Origin: an uncultured Desulfatitalea sp.
GTDB lineage: Bacteria; Desulfobacterota; Desulfobacteria; Desulfobacterales; Desulfosarcinaceae
Length of the DNA stretch: 64,000 nt
NCBI GenBank assembly: GCA_963668675.2
Contig: CAXXMB010000001.1
Location: 864,001 to 928,000 of the forward strand
Direction: 5' to 3'
The notes below the pieces were generated by a model. It was not told the origin of the DNA and made no database searches. It worked only from the letters and a program-made list of their open reading frames with translations. The translations under genes and the position numbers were made by a program. Shown here piece by piece: positions 9,700 to 19,008 of this stretch; position 1 is the stretch's first letter; each line of letters opens with the position of its first letter.

Positions 9700-12123
9700 T
9701 TAATTAATTCTCGGGTTCAAATTGAAAACGTGTTGCGTGTGGGCTTCAATCTGTTTGTCGCTGAACCACCAGTAGAGCGGTTCGCCCTCCATGAAAGGTG
9801 CGATCTGATCGGTCATGTGCGGGTGAAACTGTCGGCCGGTAACGCCTCCCGGCAAAACCGCGAGCATCTTGTCCGGGTCGCCCAGATCGACCACCATGCG
9901 AAGGGAGGCCATGATCGAAACATCCGACAGGTCACCGTAGGACGATTTTGCCCTGCAAAGGGTATCTCCCGAACCGGATGCGGGGTAAGGTCCAGCACCG
10001 AGCAAACCTTTGGCGGCGCCTTTGCGGGCGATGGGGCTAACGAAATGATAGCGGTGGTAACGTCCCCAAAGCCACGATTCAGGATCATCTCCCAGGGATG
10101 CTTTCAGTCGATCGGCAACACGCCGTGCCGCTTGATGAAGTATCTCGTCGAGGGTCTCGGTTTTATCCGTCGTTTGGATATCGTCAAACCACTCGGAGTG
10201 GCCGGCTTCAACCATCTGTTTCATCCGCTCTTCCCAGAAATAGACATTGGCCAACACCGCATTGGCCAAGTCGGCCCCCAGTTCATCCTCATAGACGGCC
10301 CTCGCCAATTCGTCAAAAAGGGAGTGGAAAATGGTGGGTTCCGGCCTGTCGGCTGCATCCGTATGATCCCAGGCGGCGAGCAGCTTTCCCATGTTTTCGG
10401 TGTCCGGGTGTTTGGTCAGAATCCTGGCCATGATGGGAGCGATCTGTCGGGCCTTCATATTGATGGCGTCGCGCTGATACTGCCAATGGTTTTCGGGTGT
10501 GGTGGCTTTTGGCGAATCCATGATCTCCATTAAACGCTGCTGCCGGTATGGCGTGGAGAAGTAGTTTGAGTAGTAATAGGGATAGTTGTCATCGGTTGTT
10601 TTGTGGTTTGTGGTACCGACCCATCCCCCTTCTGGATTTTCAACATGGGGCATCTCCTCGAAGGGGATCCAGCCTTGCCAATTGTCGACACCGTCCTTGA
10701 CCACATGCGGCAGTTGACCGTTACCGGGCGAGCGAAGCGGCATACGTCCGGTCACATGCCAGCCGATATTGCCATCCATGTCGGCAAAAACGAAATTGAG
10801 CGATATCTGATTCACATCCCGCAGCGCATCGCGAAAATCGGCCGCATTACGGCAGGAGAAGAACCGGTCAAAGCCGATGGTGGGCCCCATACTTTCGAAA
10901 GCGCTCCATCGGCATGTCATCACCTTGTCACTGTCGATCAGCGGGAAGATATCACTGACCACCGGCCCGCGCCGGCTCTTCCGAATGCGGATTGTTTCGT
11001 AGGTGTAGCCATCGGGTGCTCTCTTATCCCTGAACTTCAGGCGCTCTTCGATGATTTGGAAAGCGACGGATTGATCCCCCTCCAGATAGTGGTCCGGATG
11101 CGCGTTGTCGATCGATTCGATATAGAGGTCCTGTGCGTCGCCATAAGCGTTGGTGACTCCGAAGGCGACGTATCGCGTCCTGCCGATGGCCACGCCCGGG
11201 GTGCCTGGAATGGACACCCCCACAGCGCGATTGTCCGGAAGAATCAGGGCGCATGGATACCAGGGACCTGGAAGCATGCGGCCGTCAAGATGGGGGTCGT
11301 TGGCCAGGATAGGCTTGCCGCTCTGGGAGCGTGAAGCATCGACCACCCAGTTATTGCTGCCCACCTCAAAACGGCCCACAGTCAGGTTGGCGATAAGTTT
11401 GGCGGCAAGTTCGGGGCGGAGTGTCGCTTTGGAAGCCACTACGGATGGGGAACGCTTCTCGCCGCTGGCCGGATTGAGATTAATTGGAAAAAGATCGCTC
11501 GCCTTCTCAGGTCCGAGCTTTTCCACCAGCATTTGGGAGATCAATTCATGGCGAATATTGGCAGCGCTGTTCCATCCCATGAAGTAGAAAATCGTCAGCG
11601 CATCTTCGGGCTGCCACAGTTCCGGCTTGATGCCCGCCAGTTTAAATTCAAGATGGATCTGTTCGGGGCACTCCTGAATAAACGCGTTGATACCAGCCAC
11701 GTATTTTTGCAGAAAGCGCCTGGAGGTATCGCTCAACAGCTGGTAGTGCACCTTGGCCTGTCGGTAGAAGCCAAGGGTGCGCATGCTCAAATCGATCGAT
11801 TTCGCACCTTGACCGGCGAGTTCTCCAATCCGACCACGGGCGTACAGCTTCGTCAGCTCCATCTGGAAGAGACGATCCATGGCCGTGACATACCCCTGGG
11901 CAAGGACAAGATCGAAGATGTTGCCGGCATAGATGTAAGCCATCCCCTTATCGTCGCGGCAGATGCGCACCGATTGCATGAGGCCGTCAATCTGTAACGA
12001 TCCATCTGCCTTATAGCTGTTCAACGGTGACGGGCCGAAGGGATTGACAACCGCAAGGACAGCCAAGGACAAGGCAACGATTAAAATCAGAACGATCCAT
12101 AGCATTCGCCTGAACAGAACCAT
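9700..12123 (-). CDS. Penicillin acylase/AHL-acylase family Ntn amidohydrolase, membrane anchored
   Basis: N-terminal TM, AQGYVTAMDRLFQME, GSNNW (Ser nucleophile), LANDPHL, GVTN. Confidence 0.92.
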   Translation of the reverse strand: MVLFRRMLWIVLILIVALSLAVLAVVNPFGPSPLNSYKADGSLQIDGLMQSVRICRDDKGMAYIYAGNIFDLVLAQGYVTAMDRLFQMELTKLYARGRIGELAGQGAKSIDLSMRTLGFYRQAKVHYQLLSDTSRRFLQKYVAGINAFIQECPEQIHLEFKLAGIKPELWQPEDALTIFYFMGWNSAANIRHELISQMLVEKLGPEKASDLFPINLNPASGEKRSPSVVASKATLRPELAAKLIANLTVGRFEVGSNNWVVDASRSQSGKPILANDPHLDGRMLPGPWYPCALILPDNRAVGVSIPGTPGVAIGRTRYVAFGVTNAYGDAQDLYIESIDNAHPDHYLEGDQSVAFQIIEERLKFRDKRAPDGYTYETIRIRKSRRGPVVSDIFPLIDSDKVMTCRWSAFESMGPTIGFDRFFSCRNAADFRDALRDVNQISLNFVFADMDGNIGWHVTGRMPLRSPGNGQLPHVVKDGVDNWQGWIPFEEMPHVENPEGGWVGTTNHKTTDDNYPYYYSNYFSTPYRQQRLMEIMDSPKATTPENHWQYQRDAINMKARQIAPIMARILTKHPDTENMGKLLAAWDHTDAADRPEPTIFHSLFDELARAVYEDELGADLANAVLANVYFWEERMKQMVEAGHSEWFDDIQTTDKTETLDEILHQAARRVADRLKASLGDDPESWLWGRYHRYHFVSPIARKGAAKGLLGAGPYPASGSGDTLCRAKSSYGDLSDVSIMASLRMVVDLGDPDKMLAVLPGGVTGRQFHPHMTDQIAPFMEGEPLYWWFSDKQIEAHTQHVFNLNPRIN

Positions 12124-12303
12124 ATATACCTCCCCTTAAAGAGGTGAAACGATGTGGCCGATGACATTATCGATGAGACCGAGGTGACTGTCAAAGGCAT
12201 CGTCGCCTATAAGTAAAAAAAATGCATTGTACGAGCGGCATTTGCAGAGGGGAAACATGGCGACCAGGGGATGGGGACTTGCGCAACAACGGAGTGACAT
12301 TAC

Positions 12304-13041
12304 TTATGCGGACGTCACCATCTTTTCGATACGCGCAATATCGTCGGGCAGATCGACCTCCGGGGAATCGAAGGGCGTGATCACCACCTTGATGCGGTGG
12401 CCGGACTCGAGCACCCTGAGCTGTTCGAGTTTCTCGATCTGCTCGAGGCGCCCCCTGGGAAGGCGGTTAAAGGTGTCCAGAAATCGTCGGGTATAGGCGT
12501 AGACACCCAAATGTTTGTAGATGGGGAAATCGTTGCCGCCATCACGGGCGAGCGGGATGGGTGCCCGTGAAAAGTAGAGCGCATAGGAATCGCGGTCCAT
12601 CACCACTTTGCAGTCCTTTGGGTTGGTGTACTCCTGTGGGTCCTCGATTTGGAATGCCAACGTACTCATACCCAGCTGGGGATCTTCCAGCAAAGGTTCA
12701 ACGACAGCGTCGAAACAGCCGGGCTGTACCAGTGGCTGGTCGCCCTGTACGTTGATGGCAATGTCGTCCGGTTCCAGACCCATTCTGTCAGCTGCCTCGG
12801 CAACCCGATCGCTTCCAGAGCGATGGGACGATGAGGTCATCATCGCACTGCCTCCAAACCGAGTCACCGCATCGAAAATACGCTGGTCATCGGTGGCCAC
12901 CACCACCTCGGAGATGCGCTCGGCACGGGAAGCGCTTTCGTACACATGCTGGACCATCGGTTTGCCGCTGATCATGGCCAACGGCTTGCCTTCGAATCGC
13001 GACGAACCATACCTTGATGGAATAATGACGACAATGCGCAT
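12304..13041 (-). CDS. kdsB: 3-deoxy-manno-octulosonate cytidylyltransferase
   Basis: IIPSRYGSSRFEGKPL, VATDD, SGSDR, NVQGDQP, ALYFSR, EKLEQLR. Confidence 0.96.
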   Translation of the reverse strand: MRIVVIIPSRYGSSRFEGKPLAMISGKPMVQHVYESASRAERISEVVVATDDQRIFDAVTRFGGSAMMTSSSHRSGSDRVAEAADRMGLEPDDIAINVQGDQPLVQPGCFDAVVEPLLEDPQLGMSTLAFQIEDPQEYTNPKDCKVVMDRDSYALYFSRAPIPLARDGGNDFPIYKHLGVYAYTRRFLDTFNRLPRGRLEQIEKLEQLRVLESGHRIKVVITPFDSPEVDLPDDIARIEKMVTSA

Positions 13042-13130
13042 CTGCTCAACCCTGTATGAAGGTTTCAATTTCGTTTGACATCGGCCTCCCTTTCATCAGA
13101 ATATTCTGCCGTTTCAGAAAGGAGCCGTAT

Positions 13131-13880
13131 ATGAATCATCATATGCTCACAGAACTACTCGAAGCAGTCGCCAAGGGCCACATAAGCGTGCCTCAAGCCC
13201 AGGCACGCCTTGTTGATCTACCCATGGAAGATATTGATTATGCTCATATAGATCATCATCGCAGCCTGCGCAAGGGCTTTCCCGAAGTCATTTTCGGAGA
13301 GGGCAAGTCCGCCGAGCAGATTGTCGGCATCATGACCCGCATGCAAGTTCAAGAGCAGGTTATTCTCGCCACAAGGACCGATCCGCAAAAAGCCGCTCAT
13401 GTTATAAAGCAGATGCCCGATGCGACCTATGACGCGACGGCACGCATGGTGATCTGGCAGAAGGCCCCCCTGCCCAAGAGCGGCCTGGGCCGGATCGTCG
13501 TCATCTCGGCTGGCACATCGGATATCCCGGTAGCTCGCGAAGCGCTCCTGACTGCCGATGCCATGGGAAACGAGGTCGAGGCGGTATTTGATGTCGGCGT
13601 TGCCGGCATTCACCGATTGATGGCCCATCGTAACGTGTTGGAAGAGGCACGCGTGCTGATTGTGGTCGCAGGTATGGAGGGCGCCCTGCCCAGTGTGGTT
13701 GCCGGCATGGTTCGCCGGCCGGTCATCGCTGTCCCAACGAGCATCGGCTACGGCGTCAATCTTGGCGGACTGACCGCCCTTTTCGGAATGCTCAGCAGCT
13801 GCAGCTCCAATATTGCCGTGGTCAATATCGACAACGGTTTCGGCGCAGGGTATATGGCCGCCTGCATCAATCAGCCCTGA
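13131..13880 (+). CDS. larB: Nickel-pincer cofactor biosynthesis carboxylase LarB (PurE-like)
   Basis: DHHRSLRKGFPEVIFGEGK, AGTSDIPVA, DVGVAGIHRL, VAGMEGALPS, VNIDNGFGA; AGGAG RBS before ATG 13131. Confidence 0.93.
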   Translation: MNHHMLTELLEAVAKGHISVPQAQARLVDLPMEDIDYAHIDHHRSLRKGFPEVIFGEGKSAEQIVGIMTRMQVQEQVILATRTDPQKAAHVIKQMPDATYDATARMVIWQKAPLPKSGLGRIVVISAGTSDIPVAREALLTADAMGNEVEAVFDVGVAGIHRLMAHRNVLEEARVLIVVAGMEGALPSVVAGMVRRPVIAVPTSIGYGVNLGGLTALFGMLSSCSSNIAVVNIDNGFGAGYMAACINQP

Positions 13881-13911
13881 AATTGCTGTCCAGTAAATAG
13901 GGGCGCTTCGA

Positions 13912-14832
13912 TCAGCTTTCGAGCATCAGCTGGCAAGCGGTTCCGATCTCCTCGCTTATGGCAGGCAACCATTCGTCGAGCGTCTGCACCGTTTCACCAA
14001 ACAACGCCTTCGCTGGCTGACAGAGCGACCACTGTTCCACAGGGCTTCTACCTTCAACGTGAATATTTACTATAATATCGGCCGTATGTACTACAAGTGC
14101 CAGATGGTTGACATCGGGCATCATGTCGGGATGATGGTGCTGGGCGATGGCCGCGGAAAGGTCATTGGGCAGGTTCCAGCGGCGAGCCAGAAAAGCGCCG
14201 ATGGCGTCATGTCCAATTGGAAAGAGACGCTTCTCTGCGGTCCTGAAAGAGATCCGCTCTTCATTCAAGCAGCTGGTCAACTCCATGAACCGACCCGTGA
14301 AAAATTGGGCCATTACAATTTTGCCGATGTCGTGGACAATTCCGGCCGTAAAGGCGTTTTCATGACGGTGTCCCTCAAGTGTTCTGCTCAAATATCTGCT
14401 GACGACGCCGACGCTGACCGCGTGTCTCCAGAACGCCTTCATATTCAGACCGCTCTGCTTGCCGGGGCCGGCCATGGCATCGATGACAGCCATGGAGAGA
14501 ACGGCATTCAACACCGTGTTGTACCCGAGGATCATCACTGCATGAGCTGTGTTAGAGACCTTGGCACTGAAACCGAAAAACGAAGAGTTGGTCAGTTTCA
14601 GTAGTTTCGTTACAATTGCAGGATCTTTTTCGATCACCGCGGCCAGTTCGTCAGCCGTCGTATCCATGTCCTGCAACATGGCATTGATGCGCACGGCCAC
14701 GGCCGATAGTGTGGGGAGCTCCTCCACCGTTTCCAGATACCGCATGATATCCCCAGGGGTGACATCTGCATCCGAAAAGCGGGGAACTGACGTGGCCCTC
14801 TTATCCGATACCGATCTGCTTTTCATTGCCAT
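13912..14832 (-). CDS. HDOD domain signalling protein
   Basis: ELPTL, IEKDPAIVTKLLKLTNS, FWRHAV, GIVHDIGK, HDAIGA, WNLP, HH. Confidence 0.92.
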   Translation of the reverse strand: MAMKSRSVSDKRATSVPRFSDADVTPGDIMRYLETVEELPTLSAVAVRINAMLQDMDTTADELAAVIEKDPAIVTKLLKLTNSSFFGFSAKVSNTAHAVMILGYNTVLNAVLSMAVIDAMAGPGKQSGLNMKAFWRHAVSVGVVSRYLSRTLEGHRHENAFTAGIVHDIGKIVMAQFFTGRFMELTSCLNEERISFRTAEKRLFPIGHDAIGAFLARRWNLPNDLSAAIAQHHHPDMMPDVNHLALVVHTADIIVNIHVEGRSPVEQWSLCQPAKALFGETVQTLDEWLPAISEEIGTACQLMLES

Positions 14833-14834
14833 CT

Positions 14835-16160
14835 CTATCCTTCCGTACGGGCGCCACATAGGTTTTGCGATGAATCCAAGGCAGTATCTTCGGTATCTAC
14901 AGGCAGACAGATGGTAAATGTCGTTCCTTTGCCAAGCTCACTCTGTACGTCAATGGTCCCGTTATGCTTTTTAATAATGGTGTAAGCGATATTCATTCCA
15001 AGCCCGGTGCCTTTGCCCACCTCTTTGGTTGTGAAGAAAGGATCGAAAATCTTGGTGAGGTGCTCCGATGGGATGCCGCAACCGTCGTCACTGATCGAGA
15101 CTTCGACATGGTCTTCCACCGCCCGGGTTACGACATGAATGACGCCCCTCTTCTCTATGGCCTGGACGGCGTTGATCAGTATATTCATAAAGACCTGGTT
15201 GAGATGCTGCGGACAGCCACGCACGGTAGGGATTTCCCCAAATGTCTTTTCTACAATGGCTTTGTATTTGAGTTGGTTGTGAACGACATTGAGTGTCGAC
15301 TGCAAACATGAATTGAGGTCAATCGATTGAATGGTATCATCGCCAGGATGGGCAAACGCCTTGAGATCCAGCACTATTTTCTTGATGCGGTCCGACCCTT
15401 CACGGCAATCGCTGACCAGATCGACCATGTCTTCCATCAGAAAGCCGATATCGATCTTTTTCTCCAGCTTCGCTATTTCGCCAATGGCTTCACGCACTTC
15501 GCTTGCAACCCCTTCAGCCCCGGCGATCGTCGCAATGAGATCCCGATATTTTTCAAACAACGTCTTTATGTCAATTTGATAACCTTGAAGTGTTTTCAAG
15601 TTGCTGCTGATGAATCCGGTCGGGTTGTTGATTTCATGCGCAACACCGGCGGCCAACTGCCCGATGGAGGCCATTTTTTCCGAATGAAATATCTGCGCTT
15701 GGGTCTTTTCCAACTCTTCCAGGGCACTCCGCAAAAGCTCGCTCTTGTCTTCATCCGACAAATTGTGTTCAATGGCTTTGTGGCGCTCTTCCAAATCGAT
15801 GACCCGCAGCCCTGTCATGAGCCGAGCCTTCAGTTCTTCGGGATCAAACGGTTTGGTGATGTAGTCGTCGGCGCCACACGTGAATACTTCGATCAGATCT
15901 TTACGGTGATCCTTGTAGGTCACCACAATAATATAGATATAGTGATCGAAGCGCTCTCCACGAACATTTCGGCATAGCTCGATCCCATCCATCTCAGGCA
16001 TCATCCAGTCGGTGATCACCATCTGAATGGTCCTCCTTTTCAACAGGCGCCAGGCCTCTTTACCATTTCCCGCCTCGACCGCCTGATGCCCCAGCTGGGT
16101 GAGCACTTTTTTTAGCAAGCTGCGCGATATTAAGTCGTCTTCAACAATCAGAACTTCCAT
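14835..16160 (-). CDS. Hybrid response regulator / histidine kinase (REC-HisKA-HATPase)
   Basis: VLIVEDD...ITDWMMP...KPF receiver; GVAHEINNP H-box; N, G1, F (FDPFFTTK) and G2 boxes. Confidence 0.93.
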   Translation of the reverse strand: MEVLIVEDDLISRSLLKKVLTQLGHQAVEAGNGKEAWRLLKRRTIQMVITDWMMPEMDGIELCRNVRGERFDHYIYIIVVTYKDHRKDLIEVFTCGADDYITKPFDPEELKARLMTGLRVIDLEERHKAIEHNLSDEDKSELLRSALEELEKTQAQIFHSEKMASIGQLAAGVAHEINNPTGFISSNLKTLQGYQIDIKTLFEKYRDLIATIAGAEGVASEVREAIGEIAKLEKKIDIGFLMEDMVDLVSDCREGSDRIKKIVLDLKAFAHPGDDTIQSIDLNSCLQSTLNVVHNQLKYKAIVEKTFGEIPTVRGCPQHLNQVFMNILINAVQAIEKRGVIHVVTRAVEDHVEVSISDDGCGIPSEHLTKIFDPFFTTKEVGKGTGLGMNIAYTIIKKHNGTIDVQSELGKGTTFTICLPVDTEDTALDSSQNLCGARTEG

Positions 16161-16342
16161 CGATTATCCCAACCTGTCACTTCTCGATACGTCCGCCAAT
16201 ACCTGGCCGCCTGGATTAAGGATTCAAACGAAAAAGGAGTGCGCTCTACAAGCCTCTATCGCCCTTCAGGCATATAACTTTAGGCGCTTTAGCGTCCTTC
16301 GCATTCATGCGCAGAGGTTGTTTCATGTAATTTGAAATGATT

Positions 16343-16369
16343 TAAGTTCTAGTCTGTTATGACCGATAT
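16343..16369 (+). promoter_or_regulatory. Putative sigma28 promoter for the first stator operon
   Basis: TAAG-N15-ACCGATAT versus consensus TAAA-N15-GCCGATAA. Confidence 0.5.
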
Positions 16370-16525
16370 TGCAATCATCGGCCGGCGCTATGAACGGGCT
16401 AACAATCGAGCGAAACTGACTCCTTTCAGCGCGTGCTGGCCGCTTAAATGATCACAAAACTAAAGCGATGCCGGGAATCGGGCAATATTAGGGATAGTGC
16501 CTACATCATAAAGTAAGGAAGAACC

Positions 16526-17320
16526 ATGGATTTAGCGACGATCATCGGACTCATCAGCGGGTCGATTCTCATTGCGTCAGCGGTCATTCTCGGTGGAAGC
16601 CCTCTGGTTTTTATCAACATACCGAGCGTATTGATCGTGCTCGGTGGCACCATTGCCGTAACCTTTATCAAATTTAAAATGACCGATGTCATCGGCTCGA
16701 TCGGTGTTGCCATGAAAGCGTTTCTGGTGAAAATGTCGGATCCGGAGGCGATGATCGAAGAGATGGTCAATTTTACGCGCATCGCCAAAAAAGAGGGTTT
16801 GATTGCGCTTGAAAAAGAGGTGGCCTCCGACGCATTTGCAGCCAAAGCCCTCCGTTATTTGTCCGATGGATATGACGAGGGGTTGATCGAAGACATGCTC
16901 AGCAAAGACATCCGACTGACAGTTCAACGACATGAAACGGGTCAGAACGTTTTCAAGGGTATGGGAGATAGCGCTCCGGCTTTCGGCATGATTGGCACCT
17001 TGATCGGTCTCGTGCAAATGCTCTCTTCTATGGATGACCCCGCCAGCATCGGTCCATCCATGGCCGTGGCCTTGTTGACCACGCTTTATGGCGCTGTTCT
17101 TGCCAATTTCATCTTTCTCCCTATATCTGAAAAACTGTGTCTGCGCAGCGATCAGGAGAAACTCAACAAAAGCATTATCGTGGAAGCCGCTGTTGGTATC
17201 AACCGAGGTGTCTCTCCAATGGTGCTTGAAGAGTCCTTGAAGATTTTTCTCTCCCCCAAGACGCGGGATCGGGACAAAGAGGTGGAAGAACCCGCGGAAG
17301 CCCCGGCCGAGGCCAACTAA
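16526..17320 (+). CDS. motA: Flagellar stator A subunit, PomA-like
   Basis: MDLATIIG, APAFGMIGTLIGL, DDPASIGPSMAVALLTTLYG; closely resembles the Vibrio PomA pattern. Confidence 0.93.
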   Translation: MDLATIIGLISGSILIASAVILGGSPLVFINIPSVLIVLGGTIAVTFIKFKMTDVIGSIGVAMKAFLVKMSDPEAMIEEMVNFTRIAKKEGLIALEKEVASDAFAAKALRYLSDGYDEGLIEDMLSKDIRLTVQRHETGQNVFKGMGDSAPAFGMIGTLIGLVQMLSSMDDPASIGPSMAVALLTTLYGAVLANFIFLPISEKLCLRSDQEKLNKSIIVEAAVGINRGVSPMVLEESLKIFLSPKTRDRDKEVEEPAEAPAEAN

Positions 17321-18061
17321 ATGGGCATGCCAGCAGAAGAGCCTAAAAAAGTTGATCCAGGCGCCCCAAGGTGGGTGGTGACCTTTGGCGACCTGATGAG
17401 TCTGCTGCTCTGCTTCTTCGTTCTACTGCTCTCCTTTTCAGAGATGGACCGTCAGAAATACAAGCAGGTAGCCGGTTCACTCGAAAAAGCTTTCGGCGTT
17501 CAGCGCAAGATGCGCGTAATGGAAATCCCAAAAGGGATGAAGATCATTGCCCGCGATTTTGACCAGGAGATCATCGAGACGCGCATCAGGGAAGACCTGG
17601 GCAAAGAGATTGACGATATGCTCTCCAGCCAGTTGGAGGAGTACAAAGATCAGATCGCCTTGGAAGCGAATGAAAATGAAGTGATCATTCGGCTCATGGG
17701 CGAAAGCACCTTCGATTCCGGGAAAGTAGAGATCCGGGAGAAGTTGAAACCCCTTTTGATGAGGGTGGCGAAAATTCTCGAAAAAGATGGTGGAGACATC
17801 GTTGTCGCCGGTCATACCGACAATGTTCCCATACGCAGCGGCCCTTACAAAACAAACTTGCGCCTCTCCATCGCCAGGGCGGCCGCCGTGGCGGAATATA
17901 TCCTGGGCCATTCGAAAATAGATGCCAAGCGTATTTCGACGATGGGATTCGGAGAGTACCGTCCGATCGAGAGCAATCTGAACGCACGCGGCAGAGAGAA
18001 GAACCGACGCGTGGAGATCATCCTGAGCAACCTTCCCCAGACACAAAACAGAGCGAAATAG
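17321..18061 (+). CDS. motB: Flagellar stator B subunit, PomB-like
   Basis: WVVTFGDLMSLLLCFFVLLLSFSEMD TM with conserved Asp; OmpA domain (GHTDN, NRRVEI). Confidence 0.93.
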   Translation: MGMPAEEPKKVDPGAPRWVVTFGDLMSLLLCFFVLLLSFSEMDRQKYKQVAGSLEKAFGVQRKMRVMEIPKGMKIIARDFDQEIIETRIREDLGKEIDDMLSSQLEEYKDQIALEANENEVIIRLMGESTFDSGKVEIREKLKPLLMRVAKILEKDGGDIVVAGHTDNVPIRSGPYKTNLRLSIARAAAVAEYILGHSKIDAKRISTMGFGEYRPIESNLNARGREKNRRVEIILSNLPQTQNRAK

Positions 18062-18108
18062 GCTGAGGACAAAAACGTGACGCCAACCTCTTCCTGAGCC
18101 TTCAACCC

Positions 18109-18984
18109 TTAGGTTAAAAAATCGATCAAACTGGGCCGTATGATCTGGGCTGCCGTGGCCAGGGTGCTTTCATATGCCGTCTGCTGGAGTTGAAGATCGA
18201 TGGCCGCCTCGACGATGTCCGTGTCCTCCACTCTGGAGAGGAGGTCGCTCACATTCACTTTGAAGTTCTTGTTATAGTTTTCGGTCGCTTCGAGACGATT
18301 GCTCTGCCCTGCGTTGACGGCCCGGATGGAGTTGAGGCCTTGGACAATATCCGTGAGCAACGGCAACTGGTCAGTGACACCGGTAGCGTTGTCGGCGCGC
18401 AGCTCGGTCTCAAGATCGTTGAGCACATCGAAAACATCGGCCACCCCCTGGAAGATCTGACTGCCGTCGGCCTCGATGCCGATCTGCAGGCCCTCTCCGA
18501 TGATGTGATCCTTGGTGCCGTTATCACCGACGTATGAGTATACGCCCGTAGCGGTATCCAGTTCAAAGGGCTGGGTATCGGTCAGATCACCGGCGAAGAC
18601 ATAGTTGCCGTTGTTGCGTGAGTTGGCGAGTTGGAATACCTGGTCGCGGATATTGACCACCTGGTCGGCCAACATCGTACGCATCTCCGGATGGAGGTCG
18701 GCCGCAATGTCTTTGGCGTCCTCCAGCAGCTCGGTTACAGCGCCAAGAATGTTTTCCACGGTGTCGATATGCAGTTGGGCCGAGGTGATGTTCTCGTTGA
18801 ACTGATCGAGACTGGAGATGGTTTTTCGATATCCAAGCGCCTGTCCCATGCCGATCGGGTCGTCGGATAGCCGATTGATGCGCTTTCCGCTGGCGATCTG
18901 CTCCTGGGTTTTCAACAAGCCCTCGGTCTGCTTGAACAGATAGGACTGGATATTATCGGCCATCAGGGCATTGCTGACACGCAT
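18109..18984 (-). CDS. flgL: Hook-filament junction protein FlgL
   Basis: QIASGKRINRLSDDP, NGNYVFAG, C-terminal SLIDFL; follows flgK. Confidence 0.93.
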   Translation of the reverse strand: MRVSNALMADNIQSYLFKQTEGLLKTQEQIASGKRINRLSDDPIGMGQALGYRKTISSLDQFNENITSAQLHIDTVENILGAVTELLEDAKDIAADLHPEMRTMLADQVVNIRDQVFQLANSRNNGNYVFAGDLTDTQPFELDTATGVYSYVGDNGTKDHIIGEGLQIGIEADGSQIFQGVADVFDVLNDLETELRADNATGVTDQLPLLTDIVQGLNSIRAVNAGQSNRLEATENYNKNFKVNVSDLLSRVEDTDIVEAAIDLQLQQTAYESTLATAAQIIRPSLIDFLT

Positions 18985-19008
18985 ATAAACCTCCTGGGGA
19001 AGATCGGA

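Noticed and set aside
13131..13880. Isolated larB as a novel pathway
   Set aside because: lar genes are commonly scattered in anaerobes; nothing else unusual is visible.
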